A stretch of DNA of 64,000 nt from Candidatus Falkowbacteria bacterium UBA1359 (GCA_002306385.1 DBRV01000003.1:861-64860), one strand, 5' to 3'. Positions 7,542-15,802 are shown, counted from the stretch's first letter. Notes: generated from the sequence alone by a model not told the origin. Made by a program: numbers and translations.

Positions 7542-10500
7542 TTAACCAGCGACTCGCCAAATTTCTTCTAAACTTGTCTCGCCATTAGCTGCTTTAATTA
7601 AACCATCATGGACCATTAGCAGTGAGCCTTGTTTAATGGCCAATTTCTCAAGTTCAGCTTCAGTAGTCAAGGGTTGCTGAATTAATTTTTGCATTTCTGG
7701 AGTAATAATAATAACTTCATAAATACCTAGACGGCCATTATAGCCAATACCACGACACTGAGGACAACCAACTGGTCCATAAAACTGAGGCTTATCCGGC
7801 AACTTTAAGTCTGGCCGCTTACGTAAAAACTCCCAAGCTGGTTCAGCTTGTTCCCAAATATCTGCTGATGGAGTAATGGGTTTTTTACAGTAAGGACACA
7901 AACGTCTAACTAACCGCTGGCCAATAGAGCACTCCAGAGCACTAGCCAGCATCGGCCGGTCAACACCCAGTCCAGCAAAACGAGCAATGGCGCTAGCCGC
8001 ACTATTAGCGTGAATAGTAGATAGAACTAAATGACCAGTTAAACTTGCCTCAATGGCCGTTTTAGCTGTCTCAGGGTCACGAATCTCGCCAATCATAATA
8101 ATATTAGGATTCTGACGTACCAAAGAACGAAGCGCTGCGGCAAAAGTATAGCCACTGGCAGTATCAATTTGAGTTTGCATTACTCCGTCAAGATGATATT
8201 CAATTGGATCTTCAACAGAGATAATTTTAACTTCAGGGGTATTTAATTTTTTAAGTAAAGCATAAAGAGTAGTAGTTTTACCTGCACCGGTAGGACCAGT
8301 AGTAATAATAATACCTTTAGTCTTATGAATAGATTTGTCAATAAGGGATAAAGAGACATCGCGGATGCCTAGATCAGACAAGTCTAAACTAATAGATTGA
8401 CTGGACAGTAAACGGATGACTACAGTTTCTCCATAACCACCAGTAATTAAAGAAACACGACAGTCCATCCGCTCTTGCGGCAAAATCATGCTAAAACGAC
8501 CATCAAAAGTAGGTTGTTTAACGCTTAATGGCAAGCCAATTAAATTTTTAATTTCCCCAATTAATGGAACATAATGCTCCGCACCTAAAGTAACAATATC
8601 ATATAAGATGCCGTCAAGACGATAACGAATTTTTACACCACCCTCAATAGGGTCAATATGAACATCGGCGGCTTTACTGGCAATAGCGCCAGCCATTATG
8701 GCGGTGAGCATCTCACTGGTTGGTTTATTGGCTAATAATGTACCTGCCTGATTTATGTCTTTAGCTATGGCCTCACCAAATTGTAAATCCGCCTCTTTAA
8801 TAGTTAACCCGCGCCCCAGGGTCTGGGAGACAACAATATCATATAAGTCATCAATATAATCCGTCTTGCCCACTACCCTCAAAACTTCTTCCAGTGAAGT
8901 CTGGCCATCAAGCATTTTTAAGATTCCGTCTTGGAGCATAGTAACCATCCCATCTTCAATAGCTTGCCGCATTACCTTAAACGAAGGCGCTCCTTCGTTA
9001 AGCAAAACCTTCATCGGTTCGGTCATGGTAAAAATTTCAAAAATACCAACCCGCCCCTTATAACCAAAACCCGAACAATGCGGGCAGCCTGGCCCTGCTT
9101 TATAGAATACTGGTAATTCTTTAGGCACATCTATATTAGCCTTAGGCGAAATAACTGCTAAAATTTTATTAATTTGCTTCCGTTCTTCTTCGGTTGGTTC
9201 ATGGACCTGTCGACAGTAGGGACATAATTTGCGAACTAAACGCTGGCCAATAACAGCATTAATAGCTGGCGCTAGTTGATAGGGCTGCACCCCCAAATCA
9301 ATTAACCGGGGCAGTACACCAGCAGCATCATTAGTATGAAGAGTAGAAAATACTAGATGACCAGTCAGACTAGCCTGAATGGCAATATTTGCAGTATCAG
9401 CATCACGAATCTCCCCGACCATAATAATATTAGGATCCTGCCGTAAAATTGACTTTAAACCATTAGCAAAAGTGTAGCCTCGGCTTTCATCAACTTGACT
9501 TTGGTTAATTCCCTCCAGCTCATACTCAATGGGGTCCTCCAGGGTAATAATCTTAACGTCCGGAGAGTTTAATTTATTCAGTATAGCATATAGGGTGGTC
9601 GTCTTGCCTGATCCAGTGGGACCAGTAGTTAAAATAAGACCATTAGGTTTAGCCATCTGCTGTTCTAATATGGCCCGGACTGCTGGCCGCATCCCTAAAC
9701 TATCTAGAGGCAAAATAGCTGACTCAGGCCGCAGTAATTTTAAAACAACACTTTCACCATAAGCTGTCGGTAAAAATGAAGCCCTAACAGCTATTTTTTC
9801 TTTAGGGAGAAAAATATCAAAACGGCCATCCTGTGGCTTATTTTCTACATTTATCTTCACCCTGGCCACAACTTTAAGACGGGCTAGGACTCTCTTCCAA
9901 TCAGCTTTAGGAAGAGAGGCTACGTGTTGTAAAACTCCGTCTACTCTCATTCTAATTGCCACCTCATTTTCTTCGGCCTCAATATGGACATCACTACTCT
10001 CTGTTTTTAGAGCGGCAGCAATGATTAAAGTCATAATTTGACTTATATTACCTTCTTTTAACCTCTCATTAAGTGACTTAAAATCGCTCAATTCTTCTTG
10101 ATAGCGCACTAAATCAGCTGGACTAATTTCTACACCCTCTAAACGTTTAATCTTGGGTAGAGTGTCATAAACCCTAAGGCCATACCCTAAACTACGGGGG
10201 GAAATCAAATAAAGCTTGCTTTTAACATGATATTGATTTTTTAATTCTTCTATCTTGCGGGTTAGGCGATCACTTGGTTTAGTTGTGCCAATTCTAATAT
10301 TGTCTCCAACATAGTAAAAACAAATAGCCTGCAAGTTTTCAGCCTCTTCTCGACTTAATAAGACAATTGCCTCAGGACTAATGGGAAAATTAGTCAAATC
10401 AATATATGATAACCCCAATTGAGCTGCTTGAGCCGCTACCTCATTTTCGATGGCCTGTTCGCGTAATTCTTGTTCCCGACGTGCCAATTGCGCAGCGGGG

Positions 10501-10571
10501 GAATTTTTTTCTTGTAGTGATTTACTATTTAATAAATCCTCAATGGATAAATTGTCACTTTCTTCTGTCAT
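7542..10571 (-). CDS. tandem-fused GspE/PilB-type secretion ATPase (two complete ATPase modules in one 1009-aa chain)
   Basis: Module 1 (aa 1-568): GSPII-N-like N-terminus, GPTGSGKTTT (nt 9600-9623), IIMVGEIRD, TGHLVFSTLHTND, CPYC..CPHC. Module 2 (aa 569-1009): GPTGAGKTTT (nt 8274-8297), IIMIGEIRD, TGHLVLSTIHANS, CPYC..CPQC. The junction reads VVG|KTDY at 8868. Confidence 0.85.
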   Translation of the reverse strand: MTEESDNLSIEDLLNSKSLQEKNSPAAQLARREQELREQAIENEVAAQAAQLGLSYIDLTNFPISPEAIVLLSREEAENLQAICFYYVGDNIRIGTTKPSDRLTRKIEELKNQYHVKSKLYLISPRSLGYGLRVYDTLPKIKRLEGVEISPADLVRYQEELSDFKSLNERLKEGNISQIMTLIIAAALKTESSDVHIEAEENEVAIRMRVDGVLQHVASLPKADWKRVLARLKVVARVKINVENKPQDGRFDIFLPKEKIAVRASFLPTAYGESVVLKLLRPESAILPLDSLGMRPAVRAILEQQMAKPNGLILTTGPTGSGKTTTLYAILNKLNSPDVKIITLEDPIEYELEGINQSQVDESRGYTFANGLKSILRQDPNIIMVGEIRDADTANIAIQASLTGHLVFSTLHTNDAAGVLPRLIDLGVQPYQLAPAINAVIGQRLVRKLCPYCRQVHEPTEEERKQINKILAVISPKANIDVPKELPVFYKAGPGCPHCSGFGYKGRVGIFEIFTMTEPMKVLLNEGAPSFKVMRQAIEDGMVTMLQDGILKMLDGQTSLEEVLRVVGKTDYIDDLYDIVVSQTLGRGLTIKEADLQFGEAIAKDINQAGTLLANKPTSEMLTAIMAGAIASKAADVHIDPIEGGVKIRYRLDGILYDIVTLGAEHYVPLIGEIKNLIGLPLSVKQPTFDGRFSMILPQERMDCRVSLITGGYGETVVIRLLSSQSISLDLSDLGIRDVSLSLIDKSIHKTKGIIITTGPTGAGKTTTLYALLKKLNTPEVKIISVEDPIEYHLDGVMQTQIDTASGYTFAAALRSLVRQNPNIIMIGEIRDPETAKTAIEASLTGHLVLSTIHANSAASAIARFAGLGVDRPMLASALECSIGQRLVRRLCPYCKKPITPSADIWEQAEPAWEFLRKRPDLKLPDKPQFYGPVGCPQCRGIGYNGRLGIYEVIIITPEMQKLIQQPLTTEAELEKLAIKQGSLLMVHDGLIKAANGETSLEEIWRVAG

Positions 10572-10575
10572 AGAT

Positions 10576-12282
10576 TTAACCTATTTGGTTTTTACGTTCA
10601 TTAACATAGTTAGTCCAATCCTCAACCATATTTACTAAAAACTTAAACGGAGTCTCAATTATAAAATCTAGAAAAAAAACAAAAACGTTAATTTTACTAA
10701 ATTTTTCACTTAAGTATTTACCAACTGAAAGAACTGGCAAGCTAAAAAAGTCAAAAATAGTGCGCCATAAATTTTCTTTTTCTTCAGTAATTTTAAGCTC
10801 ATTGGTAACCTTCTTGATTCGAATGATAAAAAAACTAACAAATACCAAGAAAAATAAGAAAATTAATATACTAACCCAGGTAAAATGAAATATAGTCAGT
10901 AACCAGATAATAGCCCCAAAGGTTATAATAAAAGCTAATCCATATAAGAAATTAAAAATCTTCCTCAAAACACTAGTTTTTTTCTGAGATACCCTTAAAA
11001 TTATTGGTTCTGACCGCTTATATTCTTCAAAAGACAGTTCATTCACTAGTTTAATAATCTTCTCTGTATTATTTTCGTCAGGTACTTTAGTAACTAAAAC
11101 TGAAAAGAACAACAAAGTTGGAGGAAAAAGAATATTAAATAATAGGGCCAACGGTTCAATCTCTGCGCCAAATATCTTATTAGCTGGAATCTCTAGAAGA
11201 ATAACTAAAACACCTTTAGTAATAAAAATATAGATGATACTACGGACAGCGGCTCGCCATAATAATTTTTTAGCTTTAGTATACTTTGTCTCACAAATTT
11301 TCTTAATTTGTCTAGAAAAGGCCTGGGGATCAGTTTTAAAGCTGGTATAAATCCCTACCGGATCTTGGCGTAATAACTCTAATGAAACAGAAACCGCTAC
11401 GGCATAACGGCTAATAATTTTATCAAGTGGCTCAGCAAGCGGGTGTCTTAATTGGCTATTAACAACATTGCGAATTTTCTCAATATTTTTAGCTACCGTT
11501 GGCCAGAGATTCTCAGGTAAATTTTGCCAATCTGCAATATAGTATTTAAATAAAATAAAAGTCAGCATGTCGTCATCTAACTTAGCAAAATTTCGGTTAA
11601 TGGAAAGATAAATTTGAATTGGCAAATCCTTAGCTAGCTCTTGCTGATCAGCTAATTGAATATTTTTAGATAGATATTCATAGAGATTTTTAATAGCTTG
11701 ATTTAATACAGGGTCTTGGCTAAGACGAGCTTCAATTTCGCTAGCTGCTACTGCCAGTAACCAATCCACTAACTGATTATGCTTAGCTATTTCGTCTCTA
11801 ATCTCCCTTAAATCTCTTTTGGTTAAATCCTTACTTATTTCTTTACTTATACTAGGGGCAGCAATATTTTTAATTACCAAATATTTTTTAATAATAACTG
11901 CTACTTCATCAATAAGGCTCAGGGGTAGTTGATTATTTGGCAAATAACCACCACGAATTAATTCTGTTAATAAATGTTCACTAATTTCTGCCGCTTGGCA
12001 CTCTTTAGTATCTCCTTCAATTACGGTTTTGCGTCGTAAAATTCGTTTAATTGCCTCTTTACGGAGCAAATATTCTTCCTTATATTCCACCACATTACGG
12101 ATTTTTTCATAAAAAAAGGCCATGCGGGAAATAACGCTAGAAACCTTAATTTTAGGCTGATCTGATGTATCTTTGACCTGACTATGTTGAGTACGATAAA
12201 TTACTTGCAACAATTGTTTAGTGTTAACATTGGCGGTTAAAGTAAAAGAGGCCTGTTTATGTAACTTAGGATTGAGTATCAT
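10576..12282 (-). CDS. hypothetical membrane protein (about 340-aa cytoplasmic helical N-domain plus about 5 C-terminal TM helices)
   Basis: ORF-track ORF. Its stop lies 4 nt before the tandem ATPase start. Hydrophobic helices from about aa 345. No T2SSF/PilC motifs recognised. Confidence 0.6.
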   Translation of the reverse strand: MILNPKLHKQASFTLTANVNTKQLLQVIYRTQHSQVKDTSDQPKIKVSSVISRMAFFYEKIRNVVEYKEEYLLRKEAIKRILRRKTVIEGDTKECQAAEISEHLLTELIRGGYLPNNQLPLSLIDEVAVIIKKYLVIKNIAAPSISKEISKDLTKRDLREIRDEIAKHNQLVDWLLAVAASEIEARLSQDPVLNQAIKNLYEYLSKNIQLADQQELAKDLPIQIYLSINRNFAKLDDDMLTFILFKYYIADWQNLPENLWPTVAKNIEKIRNVVNSQLRHPLAEPLDKIISRYAVAVSVSLELLRQDPVGIYTSFKTDPQAFSRQIKKICETKYTKAKKLLWRAAVRSIIYIFITKGVLVILLEIPANKIFGAEIEPLALLFNILFPPTLLFFSVLVTKVPDENNTEKIIKLVNELSFEEYKRSEPIILRVSQKKTSVLRKIFNFLYGLAFIITFGAIIWLLTIFHFTWVSILIFLFFLVFVSFFIIRIKKVTNELKITEEKENLWRTIFDFFSLPVLSVGKYLSEKFSKINVFVFFLDFIIETPFKFLVNMVEDWTNYVNERKNQIG

Positions 12283-12395
12283 AAAAATATTTACTATCCA
12301 TAAGAATAGCTAAAAAAAGCTTAATAGTAAAGAGAAAAATTAAAGGTGATGTTTACTGGACTAAATCCAACCTTTTTTGAGTAAAATCTAAGTGT

Positions 12396-13310
12396 TTATT
12401 TATTTAAATCGTAGCTTTGTTTAATAAGCGCAAAAACCGCTTCAAGCTCGCTATCTTTCTTCAGTTTCACCTCGTAATCGCCATTGCCCCAGTGCCCAAT
12501 GGGTTTCGGTTGCGTTAAGTCGCGCGCGAGCTTTTGCGGATCATTAAGCTGTCCACTTTTGACATTGAGGAAAATTTTGAGGCCGTATTGCTCGACGACA
12601 ATATCAGTAAAGTTTGTTGATGTTTTATAAGCGACATACTTTGCTTTTGCTTCCTCAATAATGCTTTCATCGAGTGAAAGAATTTTTTCGCGCAAGGCTT
12701 GAAAAAGCATAACTGTCTGCTTATCAATTCCGGCAAGGTGGTCATCTACCGAGTAAATTTTTTGTAGACGCTCCATTTTTTCTTTTCCTTGTTTTGATTT
12801 TTTCACTATGCCAGAGATGGATATTCTGACTTTTTGATAATTTTCCGGTTCAAGATATAAAATTTCATCGTCATAAATTCGGTATCGTAAAAGTTCAACA
12901 TTGATCGGCAGAATATCAGCAGTATCAAGATCAAATTTATTATAACTTTCAGCAATGCAGATGACGCGAGGTGAATCCCACTCAATTTTTATGCTCATTT
13001 TTTTGCTTTGGCATAAAATTTCAAAATCGGCCTTATGGTCAAGAAGCCAGCGCAAATATGAAAGCCCTTGATTAATAACGTTGTCATTTTGGTTTTTCTT
13101 GTATTCAATAATGCAGGGCGAGCCGTTTTTATCTATACCGAGCGTATCAATTCTGCCACCGAAACTTGTTGAGTATTCATGAGCAAGAAAAATAATGTCC
13201 AAAATTTCTTCCAAATTATTCTCAAAAAGTTCTTGAAGGTTTCGCTCCAAATCAAGGTTGCGAGCGACTATTTTTTTGACTGCCGAATTGTGGATTTTAA
13301 ATAGTGCCAT
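12396..13310 (-). CDS. NucS/DUF91-like PD-(D/E)xK nuclease domain protein with a DUF5655-like C-terminal domain
   Basis: GGRIDTLGIDKNGSPCIIEYKKNQNDNVINQGLSYLRWL matches the D...E-x-K core plus the QxxxY helix of NucS-type nucleases. It lies directly downstream of the tRNA-Ala 3' end. Confidence 0.55.
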   Translation of the reverse strand: MALFKIHNSAVKKIVARNLDLERNLQELFENNLEEILDIIFLAHEYSTSFGGRIDTLGIDKNGSPCIIEYKKNQNDNVINQGLSYLRWLLDHKADFEILCQSKKMSIKIEWDSPRVICIAESYNKFDLDTADILPINVELLRYRIYDDEILYLEPENYQKVRISISGIVKKSKQGKEKMERLQKIYSVDDHLAGIDKQTVMLFQALREKILSLDESIIEEAKAKYVAYKTSTNFTDIVVEQYGLKIFLNVKSGQLNDPQKLARDLTQPKPIGHWGNGDYEVKLKKDSELEAVFALIKQSYDLNK

Positions 13311-13366
13311 ATTTTTATTTCATTAAAACATCAAGCAAAGCCCCGAGTGAGGCAACTAGTTCAATG

Positions 13367-13443
13367 TGGTGGACCTTAAGGGACTCGAACCCTCGACCTC
13401 CTGCTTGCAAAGCAGACGCTCTAGCCAGCTGAGCTAAAGGCCC
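13367..13443 (-). tRNA. tRNA-Ala(TGC)
   Basis: Hand fold: acceptor GGGCCTT/AAGGTCC with the G3:U70 identity pair, anticodon loop TTTGCAA, T-arm GAGGG-TTCGAGT-CCCTT, encoded CCA. Confidence 0.9.
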
Positions 13444-13452
13444 AAAATATAT

Positions 13453-13707
13453 TTAACTCTGTTGATACCGCAGTAATGGACCAAGCATCCAACCTAAAAA
13501 ATTATTTATTAACCCAAAGGCAATACAAAAGCCAATAAAAATAGCAATAAGCCCAATAAGTGAATAAGCCATTCTGGTTCCGCCATAGGCGCTCAGCTTC
13601 TCTTCAAAAAAATCTATACGGCCAAAATTATTTAAAATCCATTCTCGTTTTAAGATAATGACTGCCCCCAAAACCACGATGGCTAACCCACCCAAAAAAT
13701 GTAACAT
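13453..13707 (-). CDS. hypothetical small membrane protein (84 aa, 2-3 TM)
   Basis: ORF-track ORF with hydrophobic segments, tightly spaced between tRNA-Ala and the M23 peptidase gene. Confidence 0.5.
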   Translation of the reverse strand: MLHFLGGLAIVVLGAVIILKREWILNNFGRIDFFEEKLSAYGGTRMAYSLIGLIAIFIGFCIAFGLINNFLGWMLGPLLRYQQS

Positions 13708-13718
13708 ATAGAGATAAT

Positions 13719-15038
13719 TTAATGGACATAATTTAACGGATTATACCTAACATTACCAGATAAAACCTCAAAATGCAAATGTGATCCAGTAGAACGGCCA
13801 GTCGAGCCCATCTCACCAATAACCTGGCCCTTTACCACATTTTCTCCCGCTTTAACATATAGACGTGACAAATGGCCATAGCGAGTCTTTAATTTACCAT
13901 GGTTAATAACAATAGTAGTACCATAGCCACCATTCCAACCAGTAGCGGCTATTTCTACCCGACCGCTGTCGGCGGCATAAATCGGTGTCCCCACTTTATT
14001 ACCAATATCAATACCAGTATGACGCCACGAATAATATTGAGTAATACGATGGCCTACCGTTGGCCAGGTCATACCGCTACCTGATGAGGTTAAACTCTTT
14101 TGAGCCGTCTCTTTAGCTGAAGTAAAAACTTGTTGGACATTACTTTTAACGGCTTGAGTGATTTGACTAGCCAGTGTTGATGGTGGCTGGCCGCCAGGAA
14201 TAATTAAAGACTGGCCAATAACTACTTTATCGCCAGATAAATTGTTATAGGCAATAATATCAGCAGTCTTAACTCCATATTGTTTAGCAATCTTAGATAA
14301 ACTATCTCCGGCTTTCACTTTATGTAAAACTCCGCTAACTGGCAAAATGGTCAATTTATCACCAGGCCGTAGAAGAGCATTAGAACTTAAACCATTTTGC
14401 CAAGCAATTGTATTTATGCTTACCCCAAAAGCTTTAGCAATCCCGCTTAAAGTATCGCCAATTTTAACGGTATAATAAGTAATAGCCCTAGAAGGAGCAG
14501 TAGAGGTAGTGCCTTGGATATTTACTTGAGGCAGACTAACTGGACCCAAAGTATACGCCCAGCGGTCAGTTGTCATTCCCAAAACAGTCGTCAGGTCAGT
14601 AGATTTAGCCAGATCTAGGGTACTTAGATTATTAGTAATAATAGCTGGGTTATTAACAATAAATTCTCGGGGTGGCTGGTTATCCACCACAATATCATTA
14701 AATTGATTAAACTCATCACCAACTAATCTGGATAACCATGTGCCACGGACTAAATCTTCGGCAGCCATCAACTGATTGCTTTCTTGCTGGTTGTATAAAA
14801 CAATAAACAGGGCTATTAATAGGAACGTAATTACTGCTAGCCAAGCATTTTGTTGATAGCGGTTAATCATCCGCCGGCGCAAGTGCAAATATAGCTTGTA
14901 GATCTTAGTCGCTGGCCAATAGATAAATAACCGACCGACTAATTTAAAAATACGCGACAATAGCCAAACAATAATCCTTTTGACTTTAAGTAAAATATTT
15001 AATAAAAATAATGAACCGTCAACAAAGAAAGCCTTCAT
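13719..15038 (-). CDS. LysM-repeat M23 family peptidoglycan endopeptidase
   Basis: Two LysM repeats (YTVKIGDTLSGIAKAFGV, HKVKAGDSLSKIAKQYGV). M23 motifs HTGIDIG and GSTGRSTGSHLHFEV. N-terminal TM anchor. Confidence 0.85.
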   Translation of the reverse strand: MKAFFVDGSLFLLNILLKVKRIIVWLLSRIFKLVGRLFIYWPATKIYKLYLHLRRRMINRYQQNAWLAVITFLLIALFIVLYNQQESNQLMAAEDLVRGTWLSRLVGDEFNQFNDIVVDNQPPREFIVNNPAIITNNLSTLDLAKSTDLTTVLGMTTDRWAYTLGPVSLPQVNIQGTTSTAPSRAITYYTVKIGDTLSGIAKAFGVSINTIAWQNGLSSNALLRPGDKLTILPVSGVLHKVKAGDSLSKIAKQYGVKTADIIAYNNLSGDKVVIGQSLIIPGGQPPSTLASQITQAVKSNVQQVFTSAKETAQKSLTSSGSGMTWPTVGHRITQYYSWRHTGIDIGNKVGTPIYAADSGRVEIAATGWNGGYGTTIVINHGKLKTRYGHLSRLYVKAGENVVKGQVIGEMGSTGRSTGSHLHFEVLSGNVRYNPLNYVH

Positions 15039-15202
15039 TGATCGGCTGACATTGGACTTACCAATATGTTTATTCTAATTATCAGCCTCACTCTATCATT
15101 TTTGGGTGCCTCAGTCAATTAGACCCTATAATTATTGGCTAAACATACACTAAAAAAATTATACTTGCCCGACCAAATCTTTTTTGTTAGACTAATTTAA
15201 TC

Positions 15203-15278
15203 GGTCACGTCGCCAAGAGGTTAAGGCAACAGTTTGCAAAACTGTTATACGTGGGTTCGACTCCCACCGTGACCTCCA
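15203..15278 (+). tRNA. tRNA-Cys(GCA)
   Basis: Hand fold: acceptor GGTCACG/CGTGACC, anticodon stem ACAGT/ACTGT, loop TTGCAAA, T-arm GTGGG-TTCGACT-CCCAC, discriminator U, encoded CCA. Confidence 0.9.
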
Positions 15279-15315
15279 GGGATTATCTTTTTTTTGTTAA
15301 GTCTAAAAGAATATA

Positions 15316-15360
15316 GACTAAAATAATTTTATAATTTGAAATCTAAAAATTATTTTAGTC
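15316..15360. repeat. perfect 15-bp inverted repeat (GACTAAAATAATTTT / AAAATTATTTTAGTC) with a 15-nt loop
   Basis: Read directly: arms at 15316-15330 and 15346-15360. It lies just downstream of tRNA-Cys and a T-run. Confidence 0.8.
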
Positions 15361-15398
15361 AATAAAACATTAAGTCTAGAGGAATGTAGTCAGAAGTC

Positions 15399-15427
15399 TT
15401 GACCACTTTTTTATTTTATGCTATACT
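15399..15427 (+). promoter_or_regulatory. sigma70-like promoter (TTGACC-17-TATACT) with no annotated gene downstream
   Basis: -35 at 15399-15404, a 17-nt spacer, -10 at 15422-15427. Confidence 0.5.
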
Positions 15428-15555
15428 ACCCATATAGTTCTTTTTTACCTTCTTACTCTGGCTTCTCCTAAAAAATAAAAAAACAAAAAATAAAAGGGCC
15501 AAGGTCACCATAAAGGAGACCAAAAGTTCCTTGAAGCCGGTTTAAGAATTTTGCT

Positions 15556-15581
15556 CTTGAAATTTTTATAAAAATTTCAAG
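15556..15581. repeat. perfect 26-bp palindrome CTTGAAATTTTTATAAAAATTTCAAG
   Basis: Read directly; 12-bp arms around a central AT. Confidence 0.85.
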
Positions 15582-15628
15582 GAGGAGGCCGTCGGGGCCA
15601 TTTCAATTTTTTACATCTTTATGTAAAT

Positions 15629-15660
15629 GAAGGGCCCGCAGTGGCTTCCTTTTTGTTTTT
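15629..15660 (+). terminator. candidate intrinsic terminator (GAAggGCC-cgcagt-GGCTTC plus CTTTTTGTTTTT)
   Basis: A 6-bp stem with a 2-nt bulge, followed by an 11-nt T-rich run. It lies immediately upstream of the tRNA promoter at 15670. Confidence 0.4.
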
Positions 15661-15669
15661 AAAATATCC

Positions 15670-15698
15670 TTGACGAACAATTATTTTTCCCTTACAAT
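15670..15698 (+). promoter_or_regulatory. promoter of the tRNA-Arg/tRNA-Ala pair (TTGACG-17-TACAAT)
   Basis: -35 at 15670-15675, -10 at 15693-15698, 32 nt upstream of tRNA-Arg. Confidence 0.6.
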
Positions 15699-15730
15699 AC
15701 CAAGCACTTACCTCTGTTGGACAAAATTAG

Positions 15731-15802
15731 GCCCTCATAGTTCAATGGATAGAACAAGGGACTCCTAAGCCCTAAATCCATGTTCGATTCATGGTGGGGG
15801 CA
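15731..15802 (+). tRNA. tRNA-Arg(CCT)
   Basis: Hand fold: acceptor GCCCTCA/TGGGGGC, D-arm GTTC..GAAC, anticodon loop CTCCTAA (with a 31-39 A-G mismatch), T-arm CCATG-TTCGATT-CATGG. No encoded CCA. Confidence 0.8.

Noticed and set aside
8866-9762. Plus-strand ORFs inside the fused ATPase gene (8866-9063, 8931-9116, 9529-9762). The same type occurs at 31008-31495, 47182-47657 and 54736-54970.
   Set aside because: They lie antisense to strongly motif-supported genes and have no motifs of their own.
15433-15660. SRP RNA, tmRNA or 6S RNA identity for the orphan transcript.
   Set aside because: I could not find the SRP domain IV motif (GGAA tetraloop with AGCA loop), a tmRNA tRNA-like end, or a 6S-type long imperfect hairpin. 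It is kept only as an unclassified candidate.
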